DNA from: Lytechinus pictus | Taxonomy: Eukaryota | Assembly (NCBI RefSeq): GCF_037042905.1 | Contig: NC_087251.1 | Span: 29,266,001-29,330,000, forward strand | Direction: 5' to 3' | Length of the DNA: 64,000 bases | Part shown: in pieces, positions 24,168-38,200 of the stretch | How the letters are laid out: each line of letters opens with the position of its first letter | Numbering within the stretch: the first letter of the stretch is position 1 | Notes under the pieces: generated by a model | The model's input: the letters and a program-made list of their open reading frames with translations, nothing else | Database searches by the model: none | Told to the model about the DNA's origin: nothing | Made by a program: the position numbers and the translations under genes

Positions 24168-26691
24168 CATCTATGTAGCCTCTGCATGGATTGGTGAGTG
24201 TCTTAAATCAAAATGTGACTTTGCTGCAACAAGTTGCTGCACATGTTTTCAGAGAGTCTCCACTCTATGTCCCACAACATCAACCAGAACAGTCGGAAGA
24301 ACGGTGGCGGTGACGACAGCAGCAGCAGACATAAACATGGAAATCTGGTGTACTTCATGGACACTGCTCATGTATGGATTCCCTAATGCTGAAAGTGGCA
24401 TTCTTCCTTATAAGTACTTCATCAGAAATGAAATATGACAATAAATGATTTTTATGTTAGGACACTCAATTAGAAGGTAGCTATATTATTGACTTCTGCC
24501 ATCATCGTGTGTCATTTCCTGATGGTGTCATGTTTTCAGTGAGATTTGGTACCTTGCACCACCCCAGATTTCACCACAACCCGATGAGATTTCCATAAAA
24601 GTACACCATTGACACCTTCATTGCCACAAAAAAAGATGAGGGCTGAGACAATGTTTAAAAGCTGTAAACCTAAATAATGAGTTGAGACTGTATACATTAA
24701 TGAATTACATTCTCCACTAATTTCCTTTGTATTTTCATTCAAATTAACAAAAGGTTTGAGAAACATTGTTTTTATTTTTACCAGGATAATGATTGCAATA
24801 GAATATTGGAAGATCAAAACACTTTTGTATTTACTATCAAACTATTTAGAGTGTATAATCTGTTAATTAAATATGATTTCAACTTACAGCGCAGTAAAAT
24901 GAATTGTAAGGAGCTTGTATACCCTGCCTTGGTTGAAGGTGGTATTATATTGTGAAACCTGGAGGGTATTTCATAAAGCTGTTCATAACTTATGAATGAC
25001 ATTATTAATGACTGGTGACCATTTCTTATGCTGAATGATATATTGCTACCATGCCTACGTAACTGACCTAGCACCTAAGAACATGTTCCAGTTGTGCATG
25101 AAGAAACTTTACAAACAGCTTTATGAAACACTTGATGTTCCACAATTATTACCCAAGCTTTAGCATAGCTGTCAATGAGGTGCTTTAGTATATCAAGGAA
25201 TATATTCCTGCCAGATACCTACAAGTATGTGTTATATCAATGCTTTGCTATGGGACCTTAGTGATCTAGATTCTGGACACATATCCACTTAACCACATCT
25301 CTTTGTGTTTTACAGCTTGGTGTAGACATGAGCTGAGGTATTTATAAGGCTCCCTTGATTGGTTCATACATTTGCTAGTTAGCCCTCTTTCCATGTAGTA
25401 TTTTCTGCAGGTTTCATAAAATACAGGTTAAACTACTCGAGAATCAATTCAAATCAATTGGGACCACAAAATTATGTTTGTGTAAGGTGAAATAATTTAG
25501 AAGAAGCATATAACATGTTTGGTATAACCTGGTCCAAAAAATTGTTTAGACTTGGGTCATTATTCAACTTAAGGAATGTAGACTTGACTATAGTTGGATG
25601 TGTGACCTTGTCCTCCATTGAACTTGTGTTCTAAAGAGCGAGGCTAAGGTCATTTACATTGTATTCCTATGGTGATCATGATCAAAATTTTAAGTTGCCT
25701 ATAATAAAAGCTCTTGACTTGCCATTTGTTTCATGAAACCAGGGCTTTGGGAGTTTCTAATCTTGAGCATCATTAAAATCTTATTATTAATTCTTCTCTT
25801 TCCTCTCTTCTGATATATTTTGATTAAATTATCTGTTCTTTTCTTTACAATTTACGATGTAATCTTGACCCACATTGTGTAAATATTGCAATAGATTATG
25901 TTTCACAAATGATATTTGTTATAGTTTCAGTTGTTTTATTATCTTTAATACTAGTGGAATTCTTTTCTTTTTACTTTTTGGGATATATGTCAATATTTCA
26001 TGATTTATTATCATTTTAGTTGTAATGTACATGTATATGTATATCTATGTCAGGTGCAAATTCTGCTCGATTAGACACAATGGCTTGTATGCTGTAGTCA
26101 GGTTTAATTTTAACTCTGGTTTAAAGTTATGGTTCAACTATGAATAGCCAATAGTTCCAACAGGGCACAGGCCCTAAAAGTAGAGGTTCAATGTATCAGC
26201 TCAACTGACTATCAAAGCATTCTTAGTTCTTTGTGAAAGATGAATGAAATAGTTGTTTTCTTCCTCACCATCAAAGACTTAGGAAAGAGCACAGTAAAAA
26301 TATACAGTGTAAACAAAGTTTTCAAATTTTTGGCTTCCCATAATTTTAGCACAGTGTTATACCAAGGTCTAGACTTCTGAATATGGGCCCATGCCCCGTA
26401 TTCTCAAAATACATTTCAGCTGTACCAGGGTAAAAACCATGGACAAAGCTTATTTCATCACGTACACTAAAAAAAAGTCCAATTACAAATTTACGCTTTT
26501 GGCAAAGGGCGCCTAATTGCGGTATAGCGCCCAAGTGCGTTAATACAAGAAATCTTTATAGTACATAGTTTTGTACTATGGTGCAATTAAAAACTTTTGA
26601 AAATACAAACGAATAGTTTTGAGGGGCTGACTATTGTGCACAAACAATATTGCCCCAGACATGGTATTGCAACTGCATCCAACCCACAAGC

Positions 26692-27110
26692 GGTAAACTG
26701 CCAATTCGCCATTTGCCAACTCGTCCACTCATCACATCGTCTACCTTCATTCAGTCTAATGCTATTCCGTCCATCAACATTTCACCTAACAACCAGTTGG
26801 TCCAATAATCATTTGGTCCAATCATCACTTCGTCTAATCCCCATTTCCTCTATGACCATTTCGTCTCATAACTAGTTGGTCTAATATTCGTTTTATTTTC
26901 ATTCATTTTGTCCAATTAACACTTAGTCCAATTAGACCAAATGGTATATGGACCAAATGGCTATTGGACTGACCGGTTATCAGACAAAATGGTGAGTGGA
27001 CGAAATGGCAATTAGACGATGTGGATATTGGAAGAACTTATGGTAGACCAAATGATAGTAGACGAGTTGGTAATTGGATGAATTGGCATTGGACCAAATG
27101 AAAATAAACC
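26692..27110. mobile_element. Palindromic MITE rich in tggtc(c/t)aa / tagaccaa units
   Basis: tgccaattcgccatttgccaactcgtccac is mirrored by gtagacgagttggtaattggatgaattggca. Related copies at ~40165-40460 and, diverged, ~31660-32100. Confidence 0.65.
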
Positions 27111-29290
27111 CCCAAAGGCACATACTACATAATAATTGCCAATTAGACAATTTAGACAACTTGTAAATTGATGTATATATATTTTTTATTACTCTTGAAG
27201 TCTATTAATTGGATCTATGAAAATAAATATCTGTACAATTGTACATATAAACATGATAATATGTTTGCATTGGTGTCTGTGCTGTAACATTTACAGTTAA
27301 ACTTAAATGTACACATTCTTACAACACAACACGAGAAATCACTTTCATTTACAACGTTGATCTTTAGAAGGGTTCACCCTGAGGTCAAGTTAGTTTGAAT
27401 TAAAGATGAAAATGAAAGAAACATACTAATGAAGGTGTGGGGGAAATCCATTGACAAATTACAGAGATGTGAATTCCAAGGTTGTAAGTTCAGGACATCA
27501 CATACAGCTCCCCTTTTGTCATGTGATATGAATTCCATAAATTGATACTGCATAGTTCATGTTGATTAAATATGTTTAATAGAGCATATGAAATAATTTG
27601 CCTAATTTTAGATTGAAGGCACCAATCAAGTTAATTTGAATTCCAGACAAAATTGTCACTGTATGTATGGAATTTATAAATGGCACAATGGGGATGATGT
27701 TTGTATGTGACAACACAAAATTTTCAAACCCATTACCGTTACTCTTTGACAGAGTTTTATTAAACCTTCATTAATATGCTTCTCTCGTTTTTTTCCTTTT
27801 CTTAAAACCAACCTGCCTAAGGTTGGGTTTTCTGAATGGTAAAATATCACAATGAATGAATAGTATTCTCTTTATTACAACAGACTCCCAGTAGATTAGG
27901 ATTTTGAAGGCATGTAGTCACATAGGAATAGTGGGCTGTTTTATAAAGATATTTCCAAGTTAAACATGACTTTAAAGCACCACTGGTGACCCTTTCTTGA
28001 GCTACATGATATACCCCAAATGTTCTTTGCTTTGAAAGAATTGGAGCACATGTCTCATAAAACTGATTTCAGATGATTGTGAATCTGATTTAACACCCAA
28101 GAAAGGATCGACAGTCATGCCTCAAGTCATGTATAACTTACAAGTGGCCTAATGAAACACCACACTGTTTAAACCACAGTTTGAATCTTGTTGGCTATAG
28201 GTCGCCAAATCCAACTGTTCCCATCTATACACTATGTTTCTAACGTTCACTGGACCTTTAACCTTGAGAATGTTTTCTTAGGTTTTATCTCAGCAATTTC
28301 AAATTTCTAGGCTGTTCGTATTTTGAAATCACATTGGTACACAAAATAAATGATTGCGAAATTTCAATCTTCTCCAAGTCTGTTACAGATTGTGTCACAT
28401 TTTGCTAATCATAGACCACTGATTTAAACTATGGTTCAACAAACTTTGTCAGTAATGGATAAAAGCAGCTCAATCAAGGGGGAGGGGTCACAAAGAGGTG
28501 TTGAATGCAACACAAAAATCAGATGGAAGTTCCAAACGATGCTTCTGATTGGTTGAAAATTAATTAGCATTTTTTGTGTGTTGTCTTTGATTGCGTCTCT
28601 TCCAAAATTGGATTGAAGCTAATAGAAGTGTGAGGGGGTGGGGCTGTAGTTTGAATCACCAGATAAATCTATTCTCGGTCGTACCGTTGTACCAGGGAGA
28701 TAAGGGCCTGGGGCCCATTACTAAAATGCTAATTTTGTCACTATGATAACTACAACAATAACCTTGATTTTGATTGATCGCTGAGAGATTTTTAATTATC
28801 TAACTGGGGGGTAATAGATATTCAAATCATAATATACATTTTTTATAGATCTAGTATTGTAGAATTAAACATGAACACAGACCATTTTACACCAAACGGC
28901 ATTGATAATTTGATTTATATTGGAGACACATATAACATAACAAGGGTCCTTGATTTGGCACTTCATACCTACATAAACCCTGCAGCTAAACACTTCTAAA
29001 TTTGGCAGAATAATTTGTTACTAAATAAACTGATTTTCAACCTTTTACTCATTTGTTCACATTGAATGATAAATATAATCTAATTTTTGTTTCTGAAAGC
29101 TTTTGCCTACCAATATTTGATGTGTATATGGAATCACAATAACTTTGTGACTGTAATTTTATACTGCCATAGTTTAGTTACACAGTGATTAAACAATTTG
29201 CTTTAGGTTAGCCTTCTTTGCTTCGGGTCCCTATATCATCAAGTTCAACGATCCATTTGAAGATCATTACACAAAATCATCAGGAAAAAT

Positions 29291-32200
29291 TTATTTGGTT
29301 TGAGCCTGCTTCGATCCACGCTTCTGCATCAGTTTGACGGCCCTATGCTTCTGGATGAACTCGTGCAGGCGGGATTTCTTGCCGCCTCTCTTGAGCTGGC
29401 CTGCCGGTCCCCCTGCCAGCTGGTTGTTCATGGTGTCGTCGGATGACTGATGCCGTAGCTGAATCTCCTGTAAGGTCGCTGGAACGGTCGGATCCTTCAC
29501 GGGGGTCAGGTTGGTGAACGGGAGGGAGGAGTATACCATCACCTGTGCACACACAAATGATATATCCGTTATTGTAAGATGAAGTGGATACTGATTGGTA
29601 AAGGGCACACGCATGACAATGATGTATAAGTTCACCTATGACCAGTGATGAGCAGTTATTAAGCAAAGTATTATGATCAGTTTGGGTATGAGGGTGGTTG
29701 ATGAGACATAAAGGATACACATTATTTTATGAAGTAAGTATAATAACCCACACTTGGAACCTTTGAAACAGTCAAAGCACCCTCAGTACAGTTCCAAAGG
29801 TACCTTGTGCGTAAACATTTCAGTGACCTGAAGAATATCTCTGTTTAAGCTTACCTTTACAGCATTCAAGTGTAACCTGGAAACAAAACTTTATTTAATT
29901 GATTTATTGAAAATTTTAATCAAAAAGCTGCAGTTTGACAAATTAATTTTAGCTATGTACAGCAAATCAATTCATACTTTTCTCAAGAAGCAGACCAACA
30001 ATCAAGACTTATACTGACCTTAGTACTTATAATTGGTTACAATTGCCCCCTATGGCAAGCTGGAAATATTTATTGATGTGTTTATTGGTTGAGAATATTA
30101 CCTTACGTGTGAATTTCACTAATTATTGGGAATTGGGCAAGAATGTGTTCATATCTACTGCTGATGAGCCACACAAAATGAACATTTTCCTGTGGGTTTT
30201 CGTCAGTTGGTCTCTTAGTTTCTAGTTCATCCGACATTGGTATGGCTTAACCTATATTCTGTGTCCCAGTGATAAGGTCCGATTGCCATTTGGTCTAACT
30301 GTCATTTATTCTAAATCACCATTTTGGCTAGTGACTGTTAGCTACGACTAAATGCCACTATTTGATTTCTCCCCTTTGTGTCTAACAACTATTTAATTTA
30401 ATACCAGTTAGTCTAAATGGTGGTAGACCAAGAGGCTGTTTAAAGGGGTAAATAATTATATCTGAATAAATAAGAGTAAAATTCACAGAGCAAAATGCTG
30501 AAAATGTCATCCAAATCTGATAAAGTAATTGAAGTTTAAATTTTAGCAATATTTTGTGAAAACATTTATATGCATGTTCTGATGAATTTTCATTTGGTGG
30601 ACTGATGTCACTTTCCCTTATGTCACATAAAATCATATGTTATATTTTCATATATGTGTGTATATGTCTCCCTTGCAACAAAATAAGTAGGAGCAATGGA
30701 TATCTTATACATTAAATTGAGTAATTTCATGTAATAAAACACAAAATAATAAGTGCGGCTATGACATCATTAGCTTTCTCACTGTATATTCATGAAGAAA
30801 TGCATAGAAATTAATGTTTCACCGAAATAATCTCAAACATTAAGCTGTCATAACTTTGCAGATTTCTTGTATAATCACACTGAATTTGATATTCAAAGTG
30901 TATGCGATGAAATGAGCGTAATTATTAAAAAAATCTGCATAGTCCATGATTTTGTACCATGGTACCTTTCAAAGCTCTTTCGAAAATATGGTCCATTATG
31001 TCTCAGACTCTATCAAACTCATGATAGGGAAAAAATGTTGCTCAGCCTTGCTCAGGCAAAGCAATGACTTACCTGACTTTGATTGTGTTTGATATCTGGA
31101 AGAATTGGAGGCATCTTATGCCTGGTCTTTGGTTTGTAAGACTTCCCTAAGATGGAGCTCGTACCCCAAGAAGACTGCCTCTTCTCTTCGGCCTGTTCAA
31201 TATCATCCACGCCATCACTGTTGGAATTGGAATCTTCAAACTCATCTTGTCGGATCTGCTTCCGTCCAACAACCATCATGATCGTCTTGGCAAGTCTGGT
31301 AATGAAAAACCACACCACACGCATAAGAATACATGGATATCTATCTCAAAAATTTGACGCCACTTATAACCATATTTTTCATGTAATGGTAATTTGATTT
31401 CCTATCATGTTACAATAGAGTTTGCTGAATTTGGTATTTATGTGCTTGCTGTATTTCCCATATTTTTCTTAAATCTTGTTAATGGATAAATTTGTAACAT
31501 AGTAGCTCATTGTCCATTGAGAATATCTAACCCATTTAGAAAGAAAGGCCATCTTTCAATATATTTGCATTTTCTGTATTCCCTTGAGTGACTTTTACAA
31601 AGGTTTATATTTATTGGTCTATAAACAGTTGTTTTACTTCTCATATAGTCTAATACCACATTCGCTAAACCCACTTGTCTAATATCAATTTAGTCATATT
31701 TCTGTTTGGTCTATTATAATACTACACTTGGTCTAATATCCAGTCAGTCTATTTCTCATCTGGCCCTTTTTCATAAAGAACTTTTACAAGAACAAATGCA
31801 CAATTTCCATATAAAATTTACTATCAGCCAATCGGATTGAAGGATTTCAGTAGCTTTTAACTGTTATTGCAAATTTGTTACTATAACGAATTCTATGAAA
31901 CGGTTCCCTGGTCTAACAAATTGGGTATTGACTAACTGGAATAAGACAAAATGGTAAATGAGGTAAATAGCAATTCTTACCAGTTGGTAAATAACAGTAT
32001 TAGACCAATCCAAGTAAATGAACTTGTTGAAAACAAACTAGAACTAGACCATGTGTGGTAAGACAAAACGGAAATCAGTAGAAGCTGGCGTAGACCAATT
32101 AGCATTTTACCTTTACAGAGAGATTTTGAGTGTACTTACTTCCATCTTGGGTTGTTTCCTCCATTGAGGACCTTGAGGGTTACAGCTGAAGCTACCCTCT

Positions 32201-35200
32201 GAACATCACGAGGAATCACTCGGGATAGACTACGAGGGTCAATCTCATCGGGCAGTTTAGGCCATCCACCTTTCTGACCAAACGTACCTGGATACGTGCC
32301 ATAAAATAAAGGAAAGGTCATTTAGAAAACGAGGATCATAATGACTTGTAGTATAGAGTTGCAGTATGATGTTTATGAAAAATGCAGACTTCTACAAGCT
32401 ACGGAGGAGACGTTCTGCAACAATGCAGTCACAGGGAGGAAGCTACTTGAAACTCCACAAAATATGATTTTTTTTTTAAAGAGCGAATGTAGGGTCACCG
32501 TAATGATAATGTGACAGCACTTGTAAATAATGAAGATAACTTAAATAGAGAATAAAGAACTGAAAAATAAATGAAGCATGTTTCACTGCTCAGGAAAGGT
32601 TGATTTTTAACTAGTTACACAAGAAATGCTAGTGCCTACCTATGTATCTACCGCATACAGTCCAGAGCCTGATGGAATAGTCAATGCTTCCAGTTATGAT
32701 CAGGCGCTTGTCTTCAGCATAATCAACGTATGTAATTCCTTTGAGATGAGCCCGGAAGGAATTGAGTTTGGGCGGGAAGAGCAATGTGTCCTTTGGGTTA
32801 CTCTGAGGTGGAGGTTGTTTCATGTTGGCTCGAGATCTCATCTCCTTCCTTAGAGATAGCTGTTTGAGGGTGCTGTTGCCCGATAGGTATGGATATTCCT
32901 TTTCTCGTTCATTGTAGTCAACTTTTATGTTCTCTCGCTCGCGACGAGCCATCTCTCGCTTACCGATGCAGTATTCCGAAATGTCCCATACCTGTAATAG
33001 TATACACAATTTCGAAGTTTAAACCTTGTTCTACAAATTATTGAATGGAAACAACTCAATCTTATTAAGAAGATATTTATAGTTTGCTCATACAATGTTG
33101 ATATCTTTTGAAACCCTCCCGCAGCAGGTCCTAGTCTTGGTAACAAACTTAGAGACCCCACATTCAAAATTATTAGTCTTTCTGTTTTACTATCTGGAAG
33201 TGGTGGCAGCGGTGGGATAAACCAAAGCTAATATTCAATACTTCGGTTTAACTTATATTGTGGTTTAAAGTTTTGATGTTGATTATGAAAAGCCACATAT
33301 GACATAAATCTCAAGGAGCATAGGTACACATTAGAGGACATTTATTAGCACTCCAATTTTATCAATTTTCTGTAAATGCTAACTCAAGTAGTTTTATTGA
33401 TAATTACAGCATGAGGAAAGAGCAAAATCAACTTACAAAACATAAAAGCGTAAACAAATATTTTGCTTCAGAGTATTTCAATACAGATTTATAAATGACT
33501 TGAGTAATATCAGAGTTTATAACAGCTAGGGTCGTCATGTTTAGAATAGACCTGCTGAGGAATGATCTTTATTTTTAAAAAGTAAAACACTCTAAAAGTT
33601 AGGTTATTAATATTAGCATAAGAATGGTAAATACCTTAGCATATCCTAATGTATCAGCTGTAATGAGGATCTCATTCTCAGAATCTGTAGCCATTGCTAG
33701 CACGGATTCTCCCGGTTTATGAGCAGCATTGAATTGCCCTAGGAGTCCTCCTTTGTGATGGATGGACCAAGCTCTGACCCAGCCTTCCGATCCACTCGCC
33801 ATCAGAGTTGCCGTGTCTTTGTCGTTCGTCCGTGATTGAAGAAATAATAGCTGCAAAGGAAGCCATGATATCAGTAATTTACTGCAATTGCATTTCTATA
33901 AATATGAAATAATTTATAATGTTTATTTATGTCAGCATCCACTGAAGTAAAATAAAAGTCTGAACCCAGGGTAGCCACTTCAGTTCCAAAACTGTTCTCC
34001 CAGTGGGCCCTAATATTATTATTACCCCGGCTTTAGCTGGGTTGCCTAGGTGCTCAAGCTCAATTTCTATCTCTATGGCAATTGATATTATTTCTTGTGG
34101 AAATGAGCAACAACTTTTTTGAAAAGTAGAACCAGATTGGTATGCCGTTACAGTCAATAGTATATAATTTGGTCGAAATGAAAGACACTGATCTAGAGAG
34201 GCAGGATCTGAGAGCGCATTGAATATTCTACCTTGTCAACTGAAGCTTCATGTTTCCTGACATAGTCTTCTCTGTTCTTTGCACCAAGACAGTAGGAACT
34301 CTCTCGTTTTGGCCGGTCACTTTGGTCCTTCTCTCTCCTCTCCTTTCCTTTGGCATTTTTGGCATTCTCCTTTTCTCTTGTCTCAGTTTCATTCTTTTGC
34401 CGAGAATCTTTGGTTCTTGGTCCGATGCTTTCTGTAAAGAAAGTCTGTGATTCTTCCTTGAGGTTTGCAGCCCGCTCCTGTATCAGACCAACTTTCTGAG
34501 GATCTATTGCTGGTAATTTAGTCTTTTCATCCTCGTCATTTGAGACAGACAACTTGGCAATGTCATTTGAAAGACTTATATTGTCACCATTCTCTTGGAC
34601 GCCCTCCCCGTTAAGCTTGTCCCTTGAACTACTTCTCGTAATTGTTGGAAGTCTTGAGGAGCTACTGGAATAAACGGATGTGTCTCCATTGGTATGGAAG
34701 CTTGTCTCACGGGAAACGCTCAGCATGCGTGAACCTGTCTGAGGTTTGACCCCCTCGAAGGCATTCAGCTTGCACAGAGGGTGTGTCGTCTCTAATGACC
34801 ACACCCAAATGTCGCCGTCGTAGGATGACGTTGCGAGTGAACGACTGGTGTTTGAACATGCAAGGCTGAGGATATCTTCATTGTGCTTGAGTGCCCATTG
34901 ACGTGTGTCCTCATCGTCATCGGAATCACTGCATAAAAGGGGGGAATTATGAGAACTCAATTTTATCATTTTTTTTTTACTACAGATGATCACACAACAC
35001 CAGCAAAGTGAAAAACATAAGTATGACGTGTAAGTGATATTATTATATTAATTATGATGGAAACTTGATGCGATGACATGCATAAACAACCAAGATCAAG
35101 CCCCACGTACCATGCCTTTTGTATTTACTAAGCAATTTGCTTTAAAGAAATAATTAGATTTGTTATCCCATTATAGTTTTATCTCATAGCACTCACATGT

Positions 35201-38200
35201 AACTTGTTATCCTTTTATTCCAGCCAGCTGTTACGATCCTCTGCTTGGGGCAGCAAATCCCGGTCACCTTTGAATAAAATAATATAATTTCTCACAGTAA
35301 AGTTTACTTTCCTGTGAAAAACATAATGATGTGATCTTGCAAATGAATAGTTCAATATAATAACATATGACACCACTACATGTTGATTAAAGGTATAGTG
35401 TATGATTGGTTGATCTCAGACAAGGGCAATGAATCAATTTTGAAATTATTACATTCATTAAATACCTATATTATTGCTCTATTTTATCACGGAAAAGAAA
35501 CTTGCATAACTTTTCTATTTTCATGATATTGAGGGGTAAAACATATATTATGACTTGATCGGTTAAACGATATAAGTTTGAACTTTCTTATTGACGCCCT
35601 CTCGGGTTAAAAAATAAATTGATATTAGAACACCGTTCGAATCATGCATATTCATTACGACCTCATGCATATTGATGAAATACGTCATGGTGCATGCGCA
35701 GTATCAAGAAATCATCGTATCAACAAAGTGCAGTACTGTGTGTGTAGCTGAGTAGAAAGCAAACATCGAACGGTGCGTGCAAGCTCAATGAGCCGATGCT
35801 AGGCGGCTAGCGACATGCTTGCGCTCTGCATTAGTTTCAGATATAATCCACTATTAGCGATTGCACACACAGGATACTAGTAGTTTCATGATTGTATCGT
35901 ACGCGTGAAAAGGGATTCAGACACGTTGAATATCTGACGTGAATGACGAAGCAAAGGATTGCCCAATACGGCTTGCTTTCGGAATCTTATGTCATGAATC
36001 TGAAAGTATACTCCAAGACTAAAAGAGATACGAGAATCCCAGAGATGGGCAAGGGCCGAGTTCCGAGTTTGATCTTTATTCATGTGGATTGTAGCTCTTT
36101 TATGCACCTTTTCCCTTCATGTATAGCTTGGCGTGCTACATACGGGAACCAGAGCGAGGAAAGGGGGAGGGAGGAGAGAGAAGAAAGAAAGAAGTGAATT
36201 AGTGAAAGAGAATCAGGAGAGCTGTTATAAAGGGATCTGAATACAACATACCCTAATTTGATATTTTGGTGTTTTTTTAATCTTTCCTGAATGTTTCAGT
36301 CAGTTTCAGATTATTTGGCTCCACTCGATCGCAAAGTACAGAGGAGAAATTGGAAAAAAAAGTTAAACCAAAAATATTTAAAACTCTAAACAGACGGCCA
36401 CCACCATTCTGTCTACAGCCAAGCATGAAGAAAGGGAAAGGGCGAAGAGAAAAACGATTACTTTCAGGGCGGGTTCTACGATATAAAACAGGGTTTGTTT
36501 AATACGGGGTTAAATATAGGCCTATAGTAAAACCATAGAGCTATTAACATAACGAAGATGAAACCCCAATGCAGGGTTAAATATAGGCCTATAACCCAAT
36601 GCAACACTTGACTACTCTTCGTTTGTTTAGATTGAACTCGCGAGGTCAAAAGGTGAGCTGAGAAACCTGTTGATGCGAAGTACGTACGTGTAGTCTACAT
36701 TGTGTAGACCGTGATAGCATGAATGTGACCAACGTACGCATCAAGTTGCTAATTTCTGTTATTTCTGTTGCCGAGGTTTTTACCTGACTGCTAAGAAAGC
36801 ACGAATGCCTGTGAGCAAGCAACCAGGGGACCAACGGCTCAAGGTCGAACAAGCAGAGTAAAGGCGTCATGAGTCAAAAAATGAGGGGGGCAGACATGAC
36901 GTCAGGGACAAGATTTCTGGGAAAACTCTTATTTTTGCATCCACACAAGAAAGCTTGCATCGAGATATGGAAAAATGAGAAGTTGAGTATTGCGCGGTGC
37001 TTCAGAGTTGTGATTTCCAGGGCCGACCAGCATGTAGAGTCTTACAACAGAACTTTACAAGGCACGCCGTGGGGCAAAGTGCAACAACGTATGTGAAAGA
37101 AGACTAAGCAAACCTGGAGAAGCAGCAAGGTGCAACATGTACAAGGGAATTGTGCATGTACATTACGTCTTTGAAATGTGTACATGGGTCGCCGAGTTTT
37201 TATGTAGTATGGGGAGGGGGTGGGGGTAGCCTATAATGATATAGTAGGGCGCTTTATACTTTATACAATCATGGACCTATCAGGTCCATGCTATAATCAA
37301 ACCATCAGCACGACCGGTGGATGGATGACTGAAAGAATGGATGGATAGGCATATATAAATGGATCATCCAATTGATGTATTTTCCCAAGAAATGGATGGT
37401 CAAAGAGAAATGGATACAAATGATGCAGCAATAGATAGGGGCACCCCATGGGAGATCAACTTGCTACCCCTTCATAGACAGTAAACAAGTAGAAAGAATT
37501 GATAAAAAGATGAAATTTTATAGCAACAAATGAGAGGAAGAAAGGCCTCCGGGAAAGGCCTATACGCATACAGAGTGTGCACGAGCAGTTCAACCGTTGA
37601 AAAAATGTGAATGACTGCGACATGAGCAGGACAAAGACATTACTTGCATCCGGGACTTGCATCTTGATTGGCATAACATTTTAGACTTATTTATCAATGG
37701 AATTGTAACTCCCATTTCCCTGCTATAACTATAGGAAAAACGAATGACAACTGTTGTTTTATAGACGTGGAAATTTATGCTTCATATTAGGACCAAAGAG
37801 ATTCTGGCGTACGTGTCAATATTTCAAAACTCATGCGGGAAAATAATATAATCATTTTTTATGATTGAAAAAAAAGTGCCAAGTTCACACTGTCACGATT
37901 TTTTTTTTGGTGGCGGTGCTGAGGAAAATTTGACAAAGCAAAAGAAAAACATTAAAAAAGGTTCCAATACAAAATGTTGGTAATTTTCCTACATTTATCA
38001 AATTCGACACCTATACCAGAATTCCAGGGGGAGCTGCCTACATGGAAAATAATGCACGATCGTATTGATCGTATAAATAGTTGGAATGGTTCAACTATGT
38101 GGTGATGTGGCTTTTTTTGCAGGATTTTTTTGCATTTATTGGAATAATATACAAAACAAATTTACAATACTTGAGACATAATACAAGTGACAATCGTATA

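Noticed and set aside
30157..30211. Hammerhead ribozyme or pre-miRNA (ctgatgag… hairpin)
   Set aside because: No GAAA core after a stem II, and the stem is bulged with a tiny loop. Probably chance or a decayed palindrome.
36810..36840. miR-133-like sequence (ttggtcccct on the minus strand)
   Set aside because: Only the first ~10 nt match. The remainder and the precursor hairpin do not.
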